A stretch of DNA of 64,000 bases from NCBI GenBank assembly GCA_951406725.2, contig OX597826.1, positions 34,720,001 through 34,784,000 of the forward strand, read 5' to 3'. The translations under genes and the position numbers were made by a program. The notes under the pieces are model-generated. The model did no database searches. It was given only the letters and a program-made list of their open reading frames with translations, and had not been told where the DNA came from. Positions 54,061 through 64,000 of the stretch are shown here, piece after piece; position 1 is the first letter of the stretch; the number at the start of each line of letters is the position of its first letter. Source of the DNA: Octopus vulgaris (lineage: Eukaryota).

Positions 54061-55385
54061 ATGAAAACTCAGCTTATTTTGCTGGGTTTGGTGGAAAGTG
54101 ACAGTTTTCCACAGCCATGTGGTACTTGTTTACTAGTCATGCTTCAAGAACACTACCAAGAATTCTTGCAGTTCCAAGTAATGCAAATTTTTGTAGGTTT
54201 TCTACCTTCACACTTGCACCGATCATTTTCAGCCATGTTGGTAGTTGAGTGCTAAAAACTTCCAAGTGCACCAATTATTATTGCTATCACGTCTCCTCTC
54301 GTCATGGACAACAACCTTCGTATTTCCCACTTTAAATCGTCATAGTTGTTTATTTTTTCTTCTTCACATGGATCCTGTTGTCACCAGGGCATACTATGTC
54401 GATGAACATGCATGTTCTTGTTCCTTCCTTCACCACAGCAATGTCCGATTTCCTGTTTGGTCGGGTGATCGCACTGGATCATTACATCCCTCAGGATTTT
54501 GCAGTTCTTATCTTCGGTGACTCCTTATGGGGTTTTCTCATACCACGCCTTTGTTCTTTGTTGGCCGTGAGATTTTCACAGGACTGCTAATGGATTATTC
54601 TTGCCACATTGTGATGGTGCTTTTCTATTCGCGTTGTGCCAATTTTGAGCATCCGCTAACGATGTGCCATACCGTTTCATCTCTATCCCCACACAATTTG
54701 CTTTTGCTGCAATTTGTTCCTATAACTGGTCCTTAGCGCTTTTTCCTGGGCTGCGCTTATGAAAACTTCTACGTCTATCTTCGGGTCACTCCTCCTCATG
54801 CATATCCACCTGCCCTCTCTATCTGTCTTAACGTTCACATCTCTTGCAAACTATCCGTATATTTTTTACCTTCCATGCCTCTTGTTTTCTTTTATGTTCA
54901 TTTCTTGTTTAAATTTTTCTTTCATTACACTATTTACAGTTTTGATGACGCCGGCCTACTTCATGTGTTTCAACAGTAGCTCCATGACATTTTTTATATA
55001 CAACCCTAGGCTGTTTTCCTATGCGTCGATACAGTGCTGGTAGCTGATGAAACCTCTCCCACCTTTTCTTCTGGACAAGTACATTCTATCGGTGCCACTC
55101 TTAGGGTGGAAGTTTCCGTGTACTGTCAACCTTTTTATGGTCTTGGTATCCATTTTCTTCATTTCTCTCTTTTTCCATTTTATAATTCCTGCTCCATACC
55201 GAAGTGATGTTATTGCCCACGTATTAACTGTCTGGATTATATTTCATGCAGTCAGTTTTGAGCGCAACACCAACCTCAATCCTCGGAAATACTCCATCCT
55301 CTGCTCTTTCATTTCCTTTACCATTATCGCGTTGCCCTGTAATGCACCAAGGTATACTTTCGTTTCAATTTGCTTTATTCTTATC
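54061..55385 (-). mobile_element. Decayed R4/Dong-clade LINE (second subfamily): end of RT, CCHC knuckle and RLE nuclease
   Basis: Minus-strand motifs YLG, SKLTA..NTWAI...Y.AGIIKW, YLSRRKGGRG, AAQEKALRT, LCGDRDETVWHIVSGC, KSDIAVV..CMFIDIVCPGD, LQKFALLGTARIL; stops and frameshifts; (TAA)n on both sides. Confidence 0.88.
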
Positions 55386-55424
55386 ATTATTGTTTTTGTC
55401 GTTGTTGTTGTGTTGCTGTTGTTG

Positions 55425-55583
<159 letters not shown>

Positions 55584-58476
55584 TTATCTAAGATGAGACG
55601 TACTTTTCCTTGTGATTCCTGTTTATTTTCCCGTGAATTACCACGTTCATCAGCTTGTTGTTTGCAGAAGCACAATACATTGCCAATGATTAGGTTAAAT
55701 TGTTGGTCAGTAAGCAATCTAAAAGCTACATTATCCATTATACTATGTGTCTAGTGTGTACACAATTGTGGAATGGAACAGAATAGAATCAAATTTATGA
55801 TTAAATTGTGAATATACTTAACATGAATAAATCTGGTTTTAGAATTTATTAATACATCTTATCTGCCGTGTCTGTTCTTCCATATTGTTTTCCAGTAGAA
55901 GAAATAAACAGAGCACTACGTCATTTTGCAGTAAAGAATAACGATAGAGAATTAACAATAACTGCGGATAATGTGACACAAGCACCTAACGACCAAGCCA
56001 CCAGCGGTGTTTTCATACTTCTAGTACAACAGCGAAAGGAGAGAGAGAGAGAGAGAGTAAAATCAGTGGAAAAGCACAATAGCTTTGGAGTGAGGAAGTG
56101 ACAGTTTGATATCTCATACAGAATCCTTCTTTAGAGAAATAACGAGTCTAATCGTACAAATAAAGCATAATGAGTTGTTTTGGAAACGAGCGGCGCGTAT
56201 CTGTGCAAACTGCTGGATCTCAACTTGTTGAGAATTCTGTTCTGCAAATGTACATCATTTCATCCCCAGACCTATGACCAATAGTCAAATTCTTACTGTC
56301 TTTAATGAAAATAAGAATGTTTTCAGTCCTGTGGGTTGCGCCTCCGTAACCCAGCGGGTTATGGAGGCACAAACACACCAACACCAGTTTTCAAGTGTGG
56401 TGAAAGGAAAACAAACACAATGACACATACACACACACACACACTCGCATATATATATTGATTTAGGAGTAATAGTGTCAAGCAGTATTTGGGCATAAGC
56501 GAAGTTTAAGCTAGTTAAACTATGTATGTGATATATTTCAGCTTGTATAGGTAAATTCACTGCAGCTTTCGTGGAGAAAAATTCTCTTATGATAGACTTA
56601 ATTAAATCCGTAGCTTTACCTAAAACTCAGTCAACAACATTCAGCACAAAGGAACTCGAACAAGACCACAACAGATCATTTTCCAAAGCCACCTCGTTAA
56701 TGGTGAACATTCCAGAAAGTTAAACGAAGGCATGACATGTCCTATCCACGAAGAACGTATGAGAGCATGTGCCAAAAGTTATAGGCCTGGCACTTCAACC
56801 TTTCAGGTTGAATTGCATATCGCTTGATTACATGCAGCTAAGTCTTTCAGGAATCGCGTTTTGCATTGATGGGATGTTACAAGGCTCTTGATATTCGGCA
56901 AGAATGCAAGTGTGACATATAAGGTGTGGGTAATTGTCATTGGTCTGACGTTCGTAGAGGCGTTAGAGGTGGCCATCCTGGATCTTTTGTTATTTGCAGT
57001 GGTCTTGAGTGATGGATCGTATTTCTCCAAACTCAATGTCTGCTGGAACTTGATCAGCTGGCTTACAATCCTTTTGTGGAAACTCCAAAAATGACCGCTG
57101 TTCAGCAGCTGCTCTCCGCACACCGTCTATATATTTTTCCGTCTTAGGCGTAGTGCATGCACCATCCACATATTTCCAAGAGGGGGGGGCATCATGTTTT
57201 GTGTCCTCCTTCATCCTGGTGGAGTTGTTTGTCTCCTCAGAGCCAGATTTCCCTGGCCTTAGGTCGAGAGAAACAAGTGCTGCAGCTCACATGGGATTTC
57301 AGATGAATTGAGTCAATCTGCAGCCTGTGTCAATGACTCAATGACCGCAGCTAACATTTGTATAGAATTTGCAAGCTGTTTGGACTTTCTTTATTCCAGA
57401 GCTATTGTCTTCGAAGGTTCTTCTTCTTGCTTTTGCACTCGCTATGGACATAAGGCTATCCTCGTCTTGCTTGCTTGTTCATACCTTCATCCTCAACCTT
57501 TACTTCTGTTTCTGCTGGTCATCCATGTCTTTGGTGTTGCTGTTCTCTTTAGGCTCACCGTTGTCCAGAGTGCTGTCGTCTGTTTTGTTATGTCCCCCTC
57601 TGGCAGTATCGCTTTAACCCTTCTCTCAATCCATTGTGTCACTGTTTTCTTTTCGACTTGTGTCTTTAACTCCTATTTGAATATATGTGCAATCCCGAAA
57701 ATAGTAGATTTGCATATAGATAGTGTAAATCGAGTGAATGAATTTTAAGATTCTTTTTATTGACAGCAACAAAAAGCTGTTCGACAGTCGACAAAGCTAC
57801 GATGGCGTCGGGAGACAAAAACGTTTTAACTACTGATAAAAACAGATTTTCCATGGCTTAGTCCATCGCAGTAGACACGAACGTTAAGTTATACTAGCAA
57901 ATAGATAAGATCTGATATGTTCAGATAAGTTAGAAATGTGGCAGTTGCATATAAATCTGTCAGAGGAAGGTCTAGAGTGTTATCTCTACCTGTTGGTTTA
58001 CTGACAATCCGTTACACACCAAATGAACGTTACTTATACGGGGCAACAGACAATAATGTGTATAAGCATTCCTGGGCATTTTCTTATATCGCTTATTGAT
58101 TCGTTTATAAACGTGACACTCTGTGTACCAAAATAACTCAGGCTTTACGTGTTTCACTTATCAGAAATAACATTTTCTGGAAATGTCGTTTACAGAAGCG
58201 TATATGACTTAATACGGCCAAACTTTTGGAAAACAAATGTTATACGCCAAACTCTGAGTAGCAACAACAATCATACACTTTGTGAGTTTTGTTTCCATAT
58301 AATGTTTGAAATACATACACACACACACACACACATATATATACACACACACATATATGATAGAGAAAAAGACAGATACGTAGAGATACTCCCATGTATG
58401 AACAGCAGTGTACGTTCTTTGGCACAGGTTATATACATATAGATCGCTCTCTTTCTCCTTTACCCTCTCTCTCCAG

Positions 58477-58551
<75 letters not shown>

Positions 58552-58622
58552 TATATAGACATATATATATATATCTATATATATATATATATATATATAC
58601 ATATACACACACATACATACTC

Positions 58623-58659
<37 letters not shown>

Positions 58660-60168
58660 TGTATACTCATATATGTATATGTACATATTTTTGTGTATAT
58701 ATATGTACACACACATACACATGCACACACACATATACATAACGCTTGATCACACATACGGGCGCGCGCGCCCAAATCAGTTTCTATTAACCGTACGCAT
58801 GCAATCACTTACATTTGCACAAACATGCCTTTGATGTATAGGTTCCAATATTTGTATTTCTTTTCTTGTTTCTTTTCGTCTTGGAATTCTTCTGGGATTT
58901 TGGTCCAGAATTAGGATTTATTTATGTGATAAAATTTCTTTGCATGAAAAGGAAAAGAAATATATATTAAGAGTATTTTTCCCAATGTTCAAGACGTACG
59001 ACCACTAATATGTAACTGACCACACTTGCGCGTCAACAGGACTTCAATATCTGCTGCAAATTTGAGATAGAAAAGTATTTATGTGATTGATCTTGTTTAT
59101 AGTTTATTTTTTGTTCTTTTCTCCCATTATTTAAGGAATATACCAATCGTTAATGACATTTTCAGACTATTTTGTTTGTTTAGATAATTTCCGGTTGGTG
59201 ATAACTAAATGCGTTCCTTCTTGGTAAAACCAATAACAAAACAAAAATAGGTAAGTAAATATCATCTTCGCCCTCCACCTAATAAAAGAAATAAAGGTCT
59301 GATTGTATGAAGCATATGTAAATAGAAATATGGCTCTCTGTTCTAAATAGTTTTATGCATTGGAGTAAACATGAAGTTTTAGCGGAAACTTTTATTTATT
59401 TTTTTCATTGTTAGGAAACGTTGCTTGAACCACACGAATACCGAGTGTGAATAAGTCAAGATAAGCTTTTACCAAATGATCTCGACAAACAATTTCAGAA
59501 TATTGCATTGGTTTTTTTTATATTCTATTTATTTCACTATTTATCAATTCATTTTATTTAGTTGTTATATTAGCATTGTTCCAGTGTGTTGTTGTGGTCG
59601 GCAGGAAATACACGTTACGCAAAATGCGTCTCACAGGTTCTACTTCCAATTGAATCCACTCATTTAAGTTTATACATTTCACGCTCTAAGTTGAGCCTAA
59701 ATAAATAGTGTGAACCCCGATACAGTAGCGAATCACACCTCTCTAGAAATACATCGACACAATTACTAAAAATTACCGTGTCTTATTTATTGGTACAATT
59801 AACATAACTAACAATAACATTGAATCTACGGTTTCAGAGACCTAAAGTGTCACCCGACCTGTTAGATAACGCAGCCTATTTCCTTGAAAAAAGAACCACA
59901 TTATATATAATGCAATATTGTGTACACAAGAGTCGAGAAAATCACGTCTGAACTGATTAACTCAAAACTCCGCTGCGTATGTTACAAGGTTTGATTTGTA
60001 TCTTGACCTTAGAGACAAAACCCACGATGATATATATAAGATGCACCATTGCTACAAGTTTAACCTACTATAATCCAATATAAGATATTTTAATACTCCA
60101 TCTCGTAACCACATGTGTATCATTGGCGATTTTCTTCCTCCGTCTACCCTTCCTTTGGACTTCCCTCT

Positions 60169-60203
60169 ATTTCTGAAGAAGAGCTTTGCTCGAAACGTTA
60201 AAT
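60169..60203 (+). ncRNA. Minimal type I hammerhead ribozyme motif (Penelope-type, dimer-dependent stem III)
   Basis: AUUU-CUGAAGA-A-GAGC-UUU-GCUC-GAAA-CG-UU-AAAU: full core, 4-bp stem II, palindromic AACGUU, 4-bp stem I. Confidence 0.72.
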
Positions 60204-63200
60204 CCTCTTTCCTTCCTTTCCTGAGCATCTCATAATACATTACTCGTACCACGTCCTCGCATTATTGTTTTTTCTTGTTTGTTCTTCTTTGTTTGGATCC
60301 ACTATATGTATAAATATACATCGTTGCTATAATTCAATAATGCCGTAAGTTCAAATCGTTGCTTTTGCAAAACACGGAAAATAGTTTCACCATTCCATTT
60401 CTTTTTACATTAGTAACAGTTCCAGCTTAACAATAATACTTTACTACGTAAATTTATTTTTCAGTTGAAACAAAGAATAATCAATACATTTAGCAGTTCA
60501 ATAGATAACTTCACTAATTTAGTTAAACTTCTATCAATACCATATTGAAACCAATTAATCCGACTTCTATGTTTTTTTTTTCTTTTTTCTAAGTGAGGCC
60601 TTTATGTGTGTGTAAGTTAAAACCAAGCATAAATCACTTCTGATAGTATGTTACCGCTCAACCTTTCAGTTGCTATTTCAGCTTACTAACGACTTGGCTC
60701 CGTTCACCATGATACGTAATTACTCTAACAGATAACAAGACTATCTTCATCTAATATACAAACAGCTGTATTACTATTCATTTCACTTTCATTCTGTTTG
60801 CATTTAACGGAAATTACCATTCACCATATTGCACATGATAGGCGGGTTGCAAAATTTCCCTTTGCAATTTTCCTATAGTGATGAAGGTATTCGCTGTAAT
60901 AGGTCAATTAAGCACTGGCTGGATTATATTAGCCGTGTTCATAGGCATGAAAGGCACTGAATTATGTGAATGAGTTCAGTTGACTTAATAAATATACTCG
61001 GACGAAACAATGTGGACTAAATGAAGCAAATTATGGTCTCTTGTATTTGCTTTGTTTTACTACTTAGTAAATGTCTAAATTCTTCAGGTAGAATTTCTAG
61101 TTGCAATTATTTTGATTGTAACTACCGAGTATCTGAATTGATAGAATGTCAGACATCTACTTCTAGAGATGATGGTTCGTTTCCTATAACTGATTAATCT
61201 AAAAATATAACGAATTTAGTAATGTTGCAAATCCCAAGAATCTATAAACTTAGTGCTCGAATCCAAAATTAGTACTTTTATATAACATATGTGTAAGGAA
61301 AACGTCTTTATCATAATGCTAGTCCATTGCTTGGAGCTTTCACACGAATGAAAATTTTCTGCACTTAAGCTGAACCAAGAGAAGTAGAATTTACACAAAA
61401 GATTCCAACTCGCTACAAATTTATTGTCTCTGAATTTCAATTCAGCACTATTTTAGGCCCAGGAGGTTGATGGTTGAAACAGCTGACGACTGATAATTGC
61501 CCACGCAGTTGTAAAGAGGAATCATAAAGGTGTACAGCACATACAACGATGATATTGTTTATTTCCAGATGCAGAAGACATAAGATCAAATACACATCTT
61601 TCATGACCATCTCGTTTTTATGGTATATCTAGAACTACGCCATTTAATATGTGTCTTTTGGTTGTTTAAAAAAAATAACTGGAGTATAATTTGAGGAAGA
61701 TTATGCTGCTGTTCCAATCATTTCAAACGACAATGTTGAGTAGTTCTTCTATTTAACACTGTATCATCCTCTGGGTTGCGTTTACAAGAGAAATAATGAG
61801 AGTGCTTTAGGATTTTATGTGTACAGTTGTATTTTTTTGTCTCTTACCTAAATAATAACTTTAAACAAATGTAATTTAATCGCAATCATAAAAATTACGA
61901 CCTCCAAAACAATAATGGACTTCATGCTATGAATAACCACATAAGCAAAGCCGAATACACAACATCAGCGTTTATAACATTGGATTACAATTGGGTGATG
62001 CTGTGGTAAGTAGACACTGACGTTAGGCAAGTACCTGGAACGAAATTACTCCGGTCTGCTATTATGTGTATCTACATTAGAAATATGACAGGATTACAAA
62101 GGCTTTTATTGAAAGCGGTTCGATTGTATCACTTTCACGAATTATACGTAAGATGATTGCGACAGACTTTTAAATTATCTCGCATTTCTTTAAAAATTTC
62201 AGAGATACTTTCAAAGGAAGTTAAGCCAAAGAAAACTCGTTATTGACAGATGTTACAAGTTGGGAACAAGTAAGGAGAATTGCGATTTTGTATTGACATA
62301 ACGTAAATGCAGACGCCATTTCATTTCATAAGGCACAAAGACAGGACATTCAAAGGAAATGCTTAGCATTTATGTACTTTCAATAGAAATTATAGTGTCA
62401 TTCACAAAAGATTAAATTAAAAAGTGGGATTAAAATTTTATTTTAATGTGGGTATACCAAATGTTTTCTTCTTAGACGATGGTGCACACTACTAAATAGT
62501 ATAAAGTATTCAGCTTCATTGTATTTCTGTCTAAAAGTATATGCGTTGCTGTGATGTTCATTTATATTTCAAGTTTATTAAATATCTTATGATAAACTGA
62601 TTTTCGAAAATCCGAAAATTTTCTGGTTTATCTTGAAGAGGTACCAAAATGCAGTGGATTATCAATATCGTAAGAGCGTAGAGAAAAATGTTTTACAATC
62701 TTTGTTCCATATTTAAATGCTCTGTGTTCATGTCCAACACAGGAGTCATACATCAAATTCGTAAAGGAAACAAGCTAATTACTGCGGTCTAGTCAGACAG
62801 CAAAACTCTTCAACAAAATTCCAGGCTCTGTACTTCTTACGATTATAACAAAGCAAAACGTGGGTCAGTGACATCAGAGATAATAAAGTATTTTATGACA
62901 TTTAGTCGCAAACTTTCGATGTTTAAATTTAATGTAGATGAGGGTGTATTTTACCTTTCATCTTTGTTGTATCGATAAAATAATTACGAGTCCATAATTC
63001 GATCCGATGATTTCGGTTATAACCCACTTCCGAAATTTAAAGCCTTGTTTTATATTTCTAAATCATTTTCACTAGTACTATAAAGTTTGTGTTTCAAAGA
63101 AACTGACTGGAGGATATAGTATGGCTGATGCAGTTCTCTGAGAAATTCAGAAAGTATGTAAAGTTAATATGCCTCAAATCCGATGCGAAACTACAATACC

Positions 63201-63259
63201 ATTTGCAATACTATGCTATTCATTGAAAAATTAAATTCATAGAATTTAAAGAAGCTTTC

Positions 63260-63668
63260 ACTCTTTTTTATTCTTTTATTTATTACAGTCATTTGATTAC
63301 GGGCATGCTGGAGCACCACCTTTAGTCGGTCAGATCGACCCCAGGACTTATTCTATCGGTGTCATTTGCCGAAACACTAAGTTACGGGGACGTAAACAGA
63401 CCGGCATCGGTTGTCAAGTGATGCTGGGAAGACAAACACAGACACACAAACATATACACGCACATACATATATACATACACACACACACACACATATATA
63501 TATATACGACGGGCTTCTTTCAGTTTCCGTCGACCAGTTTCCCTTCACTCATAAGGGTTTGGTCGGCCCGAGGCTATTAAAGAAGACACTTGCCCAAGGT
63601 GCCACGCAGTGGGACTGAACCAGGAACCATGTGGTTGGTAAGCAAGTTCACACAGCCACTCCTGCGCC
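63260..63668 (-). mobile_element. SINE family A, full-length with a small internal deletion
   Basis: Reverse complement of family A, ending CACAGCCACTCCTGCGCC. Confidence 0.9.
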
Positions 63669-63902
63669 TATAACATTATGCAAAGAAGGAGTAGAAATGT
63701 GTGACTTGCTTAACTTTTCTAATAACATTTAGCGGGAAAAGTTTAAATGATTGCATGTAAACAACGGAAATGATATGAGAGCCTCATCTGAGAGGAGGAA
63801 ATTCCTTGCCGGCTGAGACGAAGGAAATTGTGATCATCAATTAGTTTTAAGAGAAAGAAAAACTGTAATTATATTTAGTATTTAAGGAAGCATAGCAATA
63901 TT

Positions 63903-64000
63903 GCTTTCACGTTTTGTCACAAGGCCAGCAATTTCAGGGGAGGGCTAAGTCGATTACATCGAGCCCAGTGTTCCACTGGTACTTAATTTATCGTCCGCCA
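63903..64000 (-). mobile_element. SINE family B variant, 3' part (runs off the window)
   Basis: CACAAGGCCAGCAATTT...AAGTCGATTACATCGA.CCCAGTG..CTGGTACTTAATTTATCG. Confidence 0.8.

Overview
AT-rich, microsatellite-saturated eukaryotic DNA. The SINE and repeat families resemble those I recall from coleoid cephalopods (Octopus); this is recognition from memory, not a database result. No prokaryotic genes, rRNA, intact tRNA or CRISPR are present, and most ORFs in the supplied track are translations of microsatellites. Supportable content: (1) a 5'-truncated CR1-type LINE with an uninterrupted 710-codon RT ORF (37862-40068, -); (2) a Tc1 DD34E transposon with IR/DR ends, a premature stop and a rearranged right end (19347-21068); (3) two deleted mariner derivatives; (4) R4/Dong-clade (RLE) LINE fragments clustered in or beside (TAA)n tracts at 51-55 kb; (5) about 20 copies of at least four tRNA-headed SINE families, some nested and some with clear TSDs; (6) one plausible 51-nt host micro-exon on the minus strand. 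The most unexpected signal is a dispersed set of hammerhead-ribozyme motifs (CUGANGA...GAAAC..UH). One has an intact core (60169-60203), one is a single base off consensus (36212-36292), and several are decayed. They sit in short non-coding islands next to microsatellites, and three of them are built into long palindromes. This fits Penelope-like pseudo-LTR relics or non-autonomous retrozyme-like elements. The class is known; these particular families may not be described.
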